This document shows positions 19,659 to 28,892 of a DNA stretch of 64,000 bases, piece after piece. Location of the stretch: NCBI GenBank assembly GCA_963736855.1, contig CAVTQK010000020.1:64001-128000 (forward strand). The letters run 5' to 3'. Position 1 is the stretch's first letter. Each line of letters starts with the position of its first letter. Position numbers and translations under genes: made by a program. Source of the stretch: an uncultured delta proteobacterium (lineage in GTDB: Bacteria > Desulfobacterota > Desulfobacteria > Desulfobacterales > UBA2156). The notes beneath the pieces are model-generated. The model made no database searches. It was not told the DNA's origin and saw nothing but the letters and a program-made list of their open reading frames with translations.

Positions 19659-20462
19659 ATGAGCGTAATTTATGAGGAATGGAGCAGAGAGTATCGGGAA
19701 ACGCTAAAGATTTTACCTGGGAAAAAAGTATACGTTTTATATTCTGGAGGAAAAGATTCCTCGTTGTGTTTGGATATGATGTTGGAAGCCTCGTCCGAAT
19801 TTGGATTTTCAATTGAAGCCCACGGAGGGGCTTTCCCGCTCCATCGCTATTTAGAAGACGAAAAGTCCCGCTTAGCAATCTATTGGAAAGATAGAGGGGT
19901 TAACGTGCAATGGCATGATGTGGATAGTATGGGCTCGGATTTGGAGTCTGCGCAAAATCCATGTTTAGTTTGCCAGAAATTGAGAAAGAAATTGATGCAT
20001 CATCTGCTCATGTCGTGGGAACATGACTGGACCCGGGTCGTTCTTGTCGCTAGCTATACGCTTTGGGATCTCGTTGGATATGCTGTGGAGCATCTTTTAT
20101 CCAATCTTTTTTCTTCGCCGAAGCCCCTTGATGAGGGTCAACAGCGATTCATCGAGACCGGACAGCGGTTTTACCCTCTTCTTTATATGAAGGAAGGATA
20201 TATGGTTTTCAGGCCTTTGCTCCAGTATAATACACCTGAAATAGTCGAATATCTTCAGGAACGATCTATCCCCATCCTTTCGGTGCCCTGTAAATATAAA
20301 GATTTCAGGCCCAAAAGAATTCTTGAAAATTATTATAATAAATTGGGTTTAATGTTTGAATATAATCTTGTCATGGATTTTGCGAGAAAGTCTCTTGGTC
20401 TTCCGGAACCACTTCGATACACGTCCGCCGATAAGGATGAATATCTGAAAAAGCTATTTTAA
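19659..20462 (+). CDS. TtcA-like PP-loop (adenine nucleotide alpha-hydrolase) protein, divergent
   Basis: VLYSGGKDS PP-loop, NPCLVCQKLR, FRPLL. Lacks the GHxxDD motif and the second CxxC of canonical TtcA. Confidence 0.7.
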   Translation: MSVIYEEWSREYRETLKILPGKKVYVLYSGGKDSSLCLDMMLEASSEFGFSIEAHGGAFPLHRYLEDEKSRLAIYWKDRGVNVQWHDVDSMGSDLESAQNPCLVCQKLRKKLMHHLLMSWEHDWTRVVLVASYTLWDLVGYAVEHLLSNLFSSPKPLDEGQQRFIETGQRFYPLLYMKEGYMVFRPLLQYNTPEIVEYLQERSIPILSVPCKYKDFRPKRILENYYNKLGLMFEYNLVMDFARKSLGLPEPLRYTSADKDEYLKKLF

Positions 20463-20488
20463 TTTTTTGAATATCTCGAATTTTAACC

Positions 20489-20806
20489 TCAAGATGCCAA
20501 AGCCCCGCAGAAGGGGCAGTATCTGAATCCGGGTTCAAGACCTTTACCGCACATTTTACAACGACGCAGCACCCGGTTTGTCTCCGACCGATAGTCGGAT
20601 TTCATTTCGGAAACGGTCTTTTCACATGGTTCACAAAGAAGGAAGGGTTCGCCGGTCTTGATTCGTAGAAGGGGAATGAAAAAAAGGCTCAGGTAGTGAT
20701 CCACCCGACGGTAGTATGCCCTGGCAAGCCCGCAAACCGGGCAAAGCTGGGCTTTTGGATCCAATACTTTGGTTTTCGGTGAAATCCCGGCTAATAAAAA
20801 CATCAT
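20489..20806 (-). CDS. Zinc-ribbon domain protein
   Basis: Four CxxC pairs (CPVC, CEPC, CKMC, CPFC) and SLFFIPL. Confidence 0.8.
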   Translation of the reverse strand: MMFLLAGISPKTKVLDPKAQLCPVCGLARAYYRRVDHYLSLFFIPLLRIKTGEPFLLCEPCEKTVSEMKSDYRSETNRVLRRCKMCGKGLEPGFRYCPFCGALAS

Positions 20807-20819
20807 CAGGCCTTAGGAC

Positions 20820-21374
20820 TTAAAAATCCCTGGGCTTGCAGACGATCTCCCGGATCCTCATGCTGAACAGATCCGATTGGTTGACCGGCTTAAGGATCAG
20901 GGCTGTGTCGGCCCCCCTCCCGGTCCCTCCGATGGAAACGATATCCGCGCCGGTGAGTTTACCTGCATCCGCCGCCATGATGGATACCTCCACAGCGACC
21001 TTGGTCCCTTGACCGAAGAGCCGCAGGGTGTCGGCAACAATCAGGATCGGGTAAATGCCGCTGTGTTTTTTAGCCAGAGACCGCTCCAGGCCGGACAGGG
21101 CATGGGTGGCCTGGACGACCTGGACACCCTGCTTTTCCAGATCTGACCGGACTCCCGGATCCATCACGCTCTTAAAAGGGGTCTTGAACCCGCAGTGATA
21201 GGTGACGGCTGTAACTCGGAACCCCTTGAAGACTTTTACGGCCTTGAGCGCCGTATCTCCTTTGCTTGAGGCCACGACCACCTCATTCAACCCCAGCGCT
21301 TTTCCCCGTTCAAAGGCACAGTGCAGAACCTTTTCCGTATTTTCCGGACCCGGTTTGTCGAAACAGATACACAT
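20820..21374 (-). CDS. Pyruvate kinase C-terminal (alpha/beta)-like domain protein
   Basis: FDKPGPENT, VVVASSKGDTA, LRLFGQGTKVAVE...AADAG, GGTGRGADTA. Confidence 0.75.
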   Translation of the reverse strand: MCICFDKPGPENTEKVLHCAFERGKALGLNEVVVASSKGDTALKAVKVFKGFRVTAVTYHCGFKTPFKSVMDPGVRSDLEKQGVQVVQATHALSGLERSLAKKHSGIYPILIVADTLRLFGQGTKVAVEVSIMAADAGKLTGADIVSIGGTGRGADTALILKPVNQSDLFSMRIREIVCKPRDF

Positions 21375-21448
21375 GCGCTTTCCTTTTTTCTGCGGCAGGT
21401 TTCCCTTATAATATTTTTCGGATCGGAGCCTGTTCTCCGTGGATTTGG

Positions 21449-22123
21449 TTATATGACTCCGGATGATTTCTCCTGTACCCGATGTTTAAGCCAATCCAAC
21501 CATGCCTCCATCCCTTCACCGGTTTTAGCTGAAACGGTGAATATCGGCATTTCCGGATGCACATTAAGGATGTTGGTTTTAGCTTGCTGAAGATCATAAT
21601 CGAGATAGGGCAACAGGTCGGATTTGTTGATGACCGCTGCATGGCAGGTTCTGAACATCAGGGGATATTTCAAGGGTTTGTCTTCCCCTTCGGTTGTGCT
21701 CATGATCACGACCCGACGGTCTTCTCCGAGGTCAAATTCGGCCGGGCACACCAGGTTTCCCACGTTTTCAATGAAAAGAAGGCGGATACCGGAAAGATTC
21801 AGCTCATCGACTGCCTTTTCAATGACATGGGCCGCCAAATGACACTCGCCGCCGAATGCATCCGTGTTGATCTGCAAAACCGGAACGCCGGACCGGGCCA
21901 AACGATCGGCGTCGTTGGTGGTGCAAATGTCTCCCACGATGACCGCGGTAGGGATATCCGCGGCAATGCGTGAAAGGGTCTTTTCCAGTAAAGCGGTCTT
22001 TCCGGAGCCCGGAGAACTCATGATATTGATTACATACACCCCTTTTTCGGAAAAAAGGCGCCGATTCTGCTCGGCCATCCGTTCATTGACGCTCAATACC
22101 TTTCGAACCACCTTGATTTCCAT
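21449..22123 (-). CDS. hypB: Nickel-incorporation GTPase HypB
   Basis: SSPGSGKT, GGECHL, IENVGNLVCPAEFDLGE, EGEDKPLKYP, NKSD; start ATG 22123 overlaps the hypA stop. Confidence 0.93.
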   Translation of the reverse strand: MEIKVVRKVLSVNERMAEQNRRLFSEKGVYVINIMSSPGSGKTALLEKTLSRIAADIPTAVIVGDICTTNDADRLARSGVPVLQINTDAFGGECHLAAHVIEKAVDELNLSGIRLLFIENVGNLVCPAEFDLGEDRRVVIMSTTEGEDKPLKYPLMFRTCHAAVINKSDLLPYLDYDLQQAKTNILNVHPEMPIFTVSAKTGEGMEAWLDWLKHRVQEKSSGVI

Positions 22124-22503
22124 CAAACCTTTCCTTCCATTCGGCTGCAATCATCCTCTTCTTCAATCTCGATGGACTCGATGTCGAGCTCCCTTCCAGA
22201 AAGGAGCGTCAGCCTGCCGCTTTCACAGGCCGGGCAGGAAAAAGAAGGGCCCTCAAGAGTCCATTCGTTATGGCACTGGTCACAGCGGATGACCAGCGGA
22301 ATCTCCTCAATAAGGAGTCGGGCACCGGCGAGGGGCGTATCCTGGGAGACGATATCGAAACAAAACCGAAGGCTTTCCGGAACGAGGGCGGTAAGTTTTC
22401 CTACCTTCAGTCGGATACTTTGGACCTTTGCCCCCTTAAGAGTTTCGGGAATGGATGCGGATGCGATCGAAAGGATCTCCATCGCGATCCCCATCTCATG
22501 CAT
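22123..22503 (-). CDS. hypA: Nickel metallochaperone HypA
   Basis: MHEMGIA N-terminus, CDQC/CPAC zinc site, [10 protein letters not shown]. Confidence 0.93.
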   Translation of the reverse strand: MHEMGIAMEILSIASASIPETLKGAKVQSIRLKVGKLTALVPESLRFCFDIVSQDTPLAGARLLIEEIPLVIRCDQCHNEWTLEGPSFSCPACESGRLTLLSGRELDIESIEIEEEDDCSRMEGKV

Positions 22504-23374
22504 GGCCGAACACCTTGGCGCAGAACTCCCCAAACATCCCGAGGTCTTCACAAACATGGATGCCGCTTTTTTTCATGGCATCGATTTTGGCTCCTGCAGT
22601 GCCGCTTTTACCGCTGATAATGGCACCGGCATGCCCCATGCGGCGCCCGGGCGGCGCCGTGAGGCCGGCGATGAACCCAACCACCGGTTTGGAAAAATGC
22701 TTTTCGATAAAATTGGCGGTTTCTTCCTCAGCGGTTCCTCCGATCTCACCGACGATTACGACCCCCCGGGTTTCAGGGTCTTTTTCAAAGGCCTCCAGGC
22801 AATCAATGAATGTGGTGCCGGTGACGGGATCCCCTCCGATGCCGATGCACGTCGTTTGTCCGATCCCCTGCAGAGTCAATTGATACACCACCTCGTAAGT
22901 GAGGGTTCCCGAGCGGGAGATCACTCCGATAGGCCCTCCGGGTTTGTGAATGGGGCCGGGCATGATACCGACCTTGCATTCGCCGGGGGTGATGATTCCC
23001 GGGCAGTTGGGTCCGATCAGCCGGACGGCTTTGCCTGCAAGGTAATTTTTGACTTTCATCATGTCCAGAACAGGGATCCCTTCGGTGATGGCCACCACGA
23101 TCCGGATCCCGGCATCCGCGGCTTCCATGATGCCTTCGGCGGCAAAAGCCGGAGGAACAAAAATCAGACTGCAGTCGGCGCCGGTTCGATCCACGGCCTC
23201 CCGGACCGTATTGAAGACCGGAATCCCATCCATTTCCTGCCCCCCTTTTCCGGGGGTCACGCCGGCCATCACCTGAGTTCCGTATGTGACACAATGCCGG
23301 GTATGAAACTGGCCCTCTCTCCCGGTGATCCCCTGCACCAGCACCCGAGTCTTGGCGTTGATAAAAATGCTCAC
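22496..23374 (-). CDS. sucD: Succinyl-CoA synthetase alpha subunit
   Basis: [21 protein letters not shown] and RRMGHAGAI (phospho-His). Confidence 0.96.
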   Translation of the reverse strand: MSIFINAKTRVLVQGITGREGQFHTRHCVTYGTQVMAGVTPGKGGQEMDGIPVFNTVREAVDRTGADCSLIFVPPAFAAEGIMEAADAGIRIVVAITEGIPVLDMMKVKNYLAGKAVRLIGPNCPGIITPGECKVGIMPGPIHKPGGPIGVISRSGTLTYEVVYQLTLQGIGQTTCIGIGGDPVTGTTFIDCLEAFEKDPETRGVVIVGEIGGTAEEETANFIEKHFSKPVVGFIAGLTAPPGRRMGHAGAIISGKSGTAGAKIDAMKKSGIHVCEDLGMFGEFCAKVFGHA

Positions 23375-23391
23375 GCTCCCCCCTTGGTCAA

Positions 23392-24552
23392 TCAGGCTAC
23401 GAGACCGGCCACCTTGGCGGCGGCATCCTTCAAATCCACAGCCGTGATGAGGTTCAGCCCGGATTCCGAAAGGATGCGGCGCCCCTTTTCCACATTCGTC
23501 CCTTCCATTCGAACCACCACCGGAACCGTGATCCCGGTCTTTTTTGCCGCATGGACCACTCCCTCGGCCAAGACGTCGCAGCGTAAAATGCCCCCGAAAA
23601 TATTAATCAGGATTCCCTTTACCTTTTTATCGCTGAGAATGATCCGAAACCCGTTTTCCACCATCTCAGAGCTGGCACCTCCTCCCACATCCAGGAAGTT
23701 GGCCGGTTCGCCCCCCGCCCGTTTGATGATATCCATGGTGGCCATAGCCAATCCCGCGCCATTGACCATGTTTCCGATATTGCCGTCCAGGTTGATATAA
23801 TTGAGATTGTACTTGGAAGCCTCAATCTCCAGGGGATCCTCTTCCGCCAGATCCCGGTATTCCAGGATATCCGGGTGCCGGAATAAGGCATTATCGTCGA
23901 AGCCGACCTTTGCATCCAATGCCACCAGTCTATCTTCCGCCGTGAGAACCAGGGGGTTGATTTCCAGCAGGGAGCAATCATACTCTACAAATAGCCGATA
24001 GAGACGGGGAATCATGTTTAAGAATTGCTTCATCGCCGCCCCAGGCAATTCAAGGGCATAGGCAATTTGGCGGCAGTGGTAGGATCGGATCCCATCAAGG
24101 GGATTGATGAAGACCTTGACGATCTTTTCCGGTGTCCGGGCGGCCACCGCCTCGATGTCCATTCCGCCGGCCTGGCTGGCAATGACCACAATCTTTGCCG
24201 TCGATCGATCCGGGACGATACCCAGATAAAGCTCCCGGACGATGGATAGACCCTGCTCCACCAGGACCTTGCCCACACGCCTGCCCTGAGGCCCGGTCTG
24301 ATGGGTGACGAGCATCATCCCGAGCATCTTCCCCGTGATCCGCTCCACTTCGTCCAGGGAGCCGGCAAGCTTAACCCCGCCTCCCTTTCCCCGACCGCCT
24401 GCATGAATCTGGGCCTTGACCACCACCGGAAATCCGCCAAGGGTGGCCGCCGTCTTCACCGCCGCCGACGGATCCCATGCAACCTCTCCGGCCGGAACAG
24501 GGATGTCGTATTTTTTGAACAGCTCCTTGGCCTGGTATTCATGTATCTTCAT
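23392..24552 (-). CDS. sucC: Succinyl-CoA synthetase beta subunit
   Basis: [42 protein letters not shown]. Confidence 0.96.
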   Translation of the reverse strand: MKIHEYQAKELFKKYDIPVPAGEVAWDPSAAVKTAATLGGFPVVVKAQIHAGGRGKGGGVKLAGSLDEVERITGKMLGMMLVTHQTGPQGRRVGKVLVEQGLSIVRELYLGIVPDRSTAKIVVIASQAGGMDIEAVAARTPEKIVKVFINPLDGIRSYHCRQIAYALELPGAAMKQFLNMIPRLYRLFVEYDCSLLEINPLVLTAEDRLVALDAKVGFDDNALFRHPDILEYRDLAEEDPLEIEASKYNLNYINLDGNIGNMVNGAGLAMATMDIIKRAGGEPANFLDVGGGASSEMVENGFRIILSDKKVKGILINIFGGILRCDVLAEGVVHAAKKTGITVPVVVRMEGTNVEKGRRILSESGLNLITAVDLKDAAAKVAGLVA

Positions 24553-24638
24553 GGATCGTTCCTTCCGGATGGCCACCTGAAAATCAGGAAGGGACCGGTT
24601 TTCTATCCACCCCGGCCCCCACAACAGTCGGGTTCAGA

Positions 24639-26678
24639 CTATCCGATCACGCAAAGGACATCATTTTTGGCCACCGAGTCGCCGGGTTTAAAACGAAGGA
24701 CCTTGACAGTACCCGAAACAGGTGCCGGGAGAGCGTTTTCCATTTTCATGGCCTCCAGGATTACCACTGTCTCCCCTTCCATCACGCTGTCTCCCACCTG
24801 TTTCTTGTAACTGACGATCATGCCCGGCATAGGGGCCTTCAAGGGGGTCCCTGCTTCAGGGGCGGCCTTTGCCGGCTCCATGGCCTTCGGTGCTTCGACA
24901 ACAGCCGGCTGAGCCGCAGGAGCCGGTGGTTCCGGCCTGGGAACGGCTTTGGGAACCGGCGCCGGCGCAACTGTCGGCATGGCCGGCATCATGGGCCTCT
25001 GGACCGGCATCTGCTGGATGTAGCTGATCAGCGGGGAGCCCCCGACCTCATCCACCCCGACTTCAAAGTACTCGCCATCCACGAAGACGTTGAAGGTGCG
25101 GGTATTTTCGCTCTTGGGCGGGGCGGCTTTGGTCGGTTTCTCAACGAGTTCACCCGCCAAAGCCTTTTTCACCAGGGCTTCCCGTGCTTTGACCTGTTCC
25201 ATGGTTACCGGGCGGACCTCGGCAGGCGGCTCATCTTTCCCGTATTTCCAACTTAAAAATTTCTTTCCCGTCAGCGGATACAGGGCGTACAGAATCAGGT
25301 CATCCATGTCCACGGCCAGATCGCCGATCTCGGTTTTGGCCTTCTCGAGCTCCGGTTTCAGTACTTCCGCCGGCCTGCAGGTGATCGGTTTTTCGCCCCT
25401 GGAATATCCCTTGAGCGCCTTCTTCTGGACTTCCGGATCGATGGGCACGGCGGTCTTGCCGTAAAGACCGTAGCACAGGTCTTTCACCTGATCTGTGATC
25501 ATCTTGTAACGCTCCTCCGGCGTGTCAAACAAAACATTGTTCACCGTCTGGATTCCCACGATCTGGCTGGTGGGGGTCACCAGCGGAATTTGTCCCAGGT
25601 CTTTCCGTACCCTCGGCAGTTCCCTGAAGACCTCATTGATCTTGTCTATGGCGTCCATCTGTTTAAGCTGATTGACCAGGTTCGACAGCATCCCTCCCGG
25701 AGTCTGATGCAGCAGGACATTGATATCGATGATGCTCATCTTGGAATCGTCCAAAAGGTGCTTGTATTTGGGCATTACTTCCTTTTCAAGGATCTCGTTG
25801 ATGGCGGCCAGGTGCTTAATATCGAATCCGGTATCGCGATTGGTGCCCAAAAGGGTCATGACCAACGGTTCGATGGCCGCATGGGAGGTTCGATAGGCAT
25901 ATGGGGACATACAGGTGTCCACGATGTCAACTCCGGCTTCGACGGCTTTCAGTTGGCTCATGGCCGACATACCGGAGGTGAAATGGCTGTGCAGGTGAAT
26001 GGGCGGCTTTACAGCTGCCTTCAGAGCCTTTACGATGGCGTAAGCATCATAGGGAGCGATAAGTCCCGCCATATCCTTCACGCAGATACTGTCCGCCCCC
26101 ATGGCCTCCAGGTCTTTGGCTTTTTTGACATAGTAGTCCAAATTATAGACGTCTCCTCCAAATCGGGGTTCGGTGAGGGAGTAACAGATACTCCCCTGGA
26201 AATGCTTTCCCGATGCTTTGATGACCGGAACAACCGTATCGAAATTCCGGTAATCGTTCAGCGCGTCAAAGGTCCTGAAGATATCTATCCCGTTTTCCAC
26301 GGCCCGTTCCACGAATGCCTTGGCCACGTCGTCTGCATAATTCCGGTATCCCACCAGATTCTGTCCCCTCAGAAGCATGGAAAACGGGGTCTTCTTGATG
26401 TAGCGTTTCAGGGTCCGGATGCGTTCCCATGGGTCTTCGTTTAAAAACCGGTGCATGGTATCGAAAGTGGCGCCTCCCCATACTTCCATGGCCCAGAATC
26501 CCACTTCATCCATCATCTCCGCCACCGGGATCATGTCCTCCGTCCGCCCCCGGGTGGCAAACATGGACTGGTGTCCATCCCGAAAGGTCAGGTCTTCCAC
26601 CTTCAGCGGATTTTTGGCCGCCGGTCTGCCTTTTTCATAGTTCATGGAGGTCATTTTAACTTGGTCATGATCGGTCAT
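24639..26678 (-). CDS. Pyruvate/oxaloacetate carboxyltransferase fused to a biotin carrier (transcarboxylase 5S+1.3S type; PycB/OadA family)
   Basis: RDGHQS, EVWGGATFD, KDMAG, HLHSH, a Pro/Ala-rich linker and the EAMKM biotinylation site. Start placed at ATG 26678. Confidence 0.9.
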   Translation of the reverse strand: MTDHDQVKMTSMNYEKGRPAAKNPLKVEDLTFRDGHQSMFATRGRTEDMIPVAEMMDEVGFWAMEVWGGATFDTMHRFLNEDPWERIRTLKRYIKKTPFSMLLRGQNLVGYRNYADDVAKAFVERAVENGIDIFRTFDALNDYRNFDTVVPVIKASGKHFQGSICYSLTEPRFGGDVYNLDYYVKKAKDLEAMGADSICVKDMAGLIAPYDAYAIVKALKAAVKPPIHLHSHFTSGMSAMSQLKAVEAGVDIVDTCMSPYAYRTSHAAIEPLVMTLLGTNRDTGFDIKHLAAINEILEKEVMPKYKHLLDDSKMSIIDINVLLHQTPGGMLSNLVNQLKQMDAIDKINEVFRELPRVRKDLGQIPLVTPTSQIVGIQTVNNVLFDTPEERYKMITDQVKDLCYGLYGKTAVPIDPEVQKKALKGYSRGEKPITCRPAEVLKPELEKAKTEIGDLAVDMDDLILYALYPLTGKKFLSWKYGKDEPPAEVRPVTMEQVKAREALVKKALAGELVEKPTKAAPPKSENTRTFNVFVDGEYFEVGVDEVGGSPLISYIQQMPVQRPMMPAMPTVAPAPVPKAVPRPEPPAPAAQPAVVEAPKAMEPAKAAPEAGTPLKAPMPGMIVSYKKQVGDSVMEGETVVILEAMKMENALPAPVSGTVKVLRFKPGDSVAKNDVLCVIG

Positions 26679-26781
26679 TTTTCTTTCTCCCTTGATCGTG
26701 TAAAGCCCGAGGGGCCCGGGGGTCAAATCCAATCACCTTATTTTGGATCACTCGCCCCCTTGACCGCCTGAGCCCTTTTTA

Positions 26782-26985
26782 TTATCGATGATAGGCTTTC
26801 AGTTGCATCTGGGTCCGCATCTGCATTTGAGCTTGCCTTCCGCTCAACTGCCATGGGCTGAAACGTTCCGGCGGAGGTTTGTAAGCCGCCCCTGGCACCA
26901 ACTGCAATGCGATGGCTTCTTCTTCCATTCGGATGTATGCGGCCACTGCGGTAATGGCCGCAGCGACCGTCTTAGGGTTTTTCAT
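26782..26985 (-). CDS. Small carboxylase-associated protein (epsilon/delta-subunit-like)
   Basis: 67 aa between the two carboxyltransferase genes; VAAAITAVAAY helix and SPWQLSGR motif. Confidence 0.6.
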   Translation of the reverse strand: MKNPKTVAAAITAVAAYIRMEEEAIALQLVPGAAYKPPPERFSPWQLSGRQAQMQMRTQMQLKAYHR

Positions 26986-27034
26986 AATGGGCTTCCTATC
27001 GGTCCATTACTGTGTTTACCGGTTCGGTTACTGA

Positions 27035-28588
27035 TCATACCGGAATGTTGCCGTGTTTTTTGGGCGGCCTCATCTCGCGTTTGGTACACATGATCTCCAA
27101 TGCATCGATGAGACGCGGCCGCGTCTCACTGGGTTCAATGACCGCATCGATATATCCCCGGTTGGCCGCTCGGTACGGATTGGAAAACAGATTCTCATAT
27201 TCTTGAATTTTTTCTTTTCGCTTGGCAGCCGGATCCTTTGCCTCCTTGATTTCCTTACGATGGATGATGTTGCACGCTCCACTGGCCCCCATAACGGCAA
27301 TCTCGGCGGTGGGCCAGGCAAAACTCATATCCGCACCCAGATCCCGTGAGCACATGGCCAGATAAGAGCCTCCATAGTCCTTCCGGGTCACTAGGAGTAG
27401 CTTGGGAACGGTGGCCTCCGAATAACACCATAAAAGCTTGGCCCCATGTCGGATGATTCCTCCCCATTCCTGTTGGCTTCCGGGAAGATATCCCGGTACA
27501 TCCGCAATGGTGAGCATGGGGATGTTGAAGGCATCGCAGCACCGGATAAACCGTGTGGCCTTGTCCGACGCATCAATATCCAGGCAGCCGGCAAGAACCT
27601 TCGGTTGATTTGCGATGATACCCACTGTGCGTCCGTTCAGCCTGGCAAAGCAGACGATTATGTTGCGCGCATAATACTGGTGCGGCTCGAAAAACTCCCC
27701 ATTGTCCACGATGCTGCCGATTACCGTCCTCATATCGTAGGATTGGGTGGGGCTATCCGGAACGATGTGGTTCAATTCCGGAGAGGTCCGCCCGGGATTG
27801 TCTCCTGTCTCTACACGGGGAGGATCTTCCATATTGTTGGACGGTAAAAAAGAGAGCAATTTTTGGATTTGTGCGATGGTATCTTCATCGCTCTCGCAGG
27901 CAAAATGGGCCACGCCACTTTTTTCGTTGTGGGTCATGGCGCCACCCAGGGCTTCGAAGGTGATCTCCTCGCCTGTGACTGCTTTAATCACGTCCGGACC
28001 GGTGATGAACATGTAGCTGGTGTTTTTCACCATGAAAACCCAGTCCGTCATGGCGGGAGAATAGACTGCTCCACCTGCGGTAGGTCCCATGATGGCCGAG
28101 ATCTGGGGGATCACTCCGGACGCCAGGGAATTCCTGTAAAAGATCTGGCCGTAACCGGAAAGAGCGTCCACTCCTTCCTGGATCCGGGCGCCGCCCGAAT
28201 CGTTGATCCCCACAAACGGCGTTCCCGCTTTCAGGGCGAGATCCATGACCTTGCATATCTTTCTGGCGTGCATCTCTCCCAAGCTTCCGGCCCTGGAAGT
28301 GAAGTCCTGGGAGAAGGCAAAAACCGGTCGGCCTCCCACCAGCCCGTGACCGGTAATGACGCCGTCCGAAGGGATTTCGACCTGTTCCATGCCGAAATTG
28401 GTACACCGATGTTGTACAAACATATCGATCTCCCGGAACGTACCTCGATCAAACAGGTGGGTCAACCGTTCGCGGGCAGTCAGCTTTCCTTTCTCCTTAT
28501 GCTGGGCCACCGCCTTTTTTCCGCCCATCTCAAGGACCTTCGCCTGTCTTTCCCTCAACTCCCGGATTTTATCTTCTACGATACCCAT
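27035..28588 (-). CDS. Methylmalonyl-CoA carboxyltransferase / acyl-CoA carboxylase beta subunit (12S, MmdA/PccB family)
   Basis: GKLTARER, DSGGARIQEG, GGAVYSPA, DVPGYLPG, KKHGNIP. Confidence 0.93.
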   Translation of the reverse strand: MGIVEDKIRELRERQAKVLEMGGKKAVAQHKEKGKLTARERLTHLFDRGTFREIDMFVQHRCTNFGMEQVEIPSDGVITGHGLVGGRPVFAFSQDFTSRAGSLGEMHARKICKVMDLALKAGTPFVGINDSGGARIQEGVDALSGYGQIFYRNSLASGVIPQISAIMGPTAGGAVYSPAMTDWVFMVKNTSYMFITGPDVIKAVTGEEITFEALGGAMTHNEKSGVAHFACESDEDTIAQIQKLLSFLPSNNMEDPPRVETGDNPGRTSPELNHIVPDSPTQSYDMRTVIGSIVDNGEFFEPHQYYARNIIVCFARLNGRTVGIIANQPKVLAGCLDIDASDKATRFIRCCDAFNIPMLTIADVPGYLPGSQQEWGGIIRHGAKLLWCYSEATVPKLLLVTRKDYGGSYLAMCSRDLGADMSFAWPTAEIAVMGASGACNIIHRKEIKEAKDPAAKRKEKIQEYENLFSNPYRAANRGYIDAVIEPSETRPRLIDALEIMCTKREMRPPKKHGNIPV

Positions 28589-28892
28589 CTTCGATTTCCT
28601 TTCCTGGCCTCCCCCGGTTCATATTTGAAATCCGGAAGAAAAGGATCCGGCTCCAATATCCCTACGACCGGATCCTGGGGCCGGTCCCCGTGCTTTATCG
28701 GTCTCCATCGACTTTGTTTTTCAAACAAATCCAGCCGTTACGATACGGCGCCGGATATCTCTCGGTCGAATCGAAAAGTAATAAAGATGATCAAAGAGCC
28801 GCCTGTTGTCAACAGAAAAAATATCAATATGCCTCTTGAGTTATGACGACCGGTTTGATTTTAAATTGTCCCTGGTGTTTAGATGTGAATTT

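Noticed and set aside
22172..23800. 542-aa plus-strand ORF, and similar long ORFs at 29865-30914, 33045-34340 and 41033-42112
   Set aside because: Antisense shadows of conserved GC-rich genes (hypA/sucD/sucC, mutase, sdhA, aminotransferase).
24840..25010. Repetitive GC-rich stretch
   Set aside because: It encodes the ordinary Pro/Ala-rich linker before the biotinyl domain, not a DNA repeat element.
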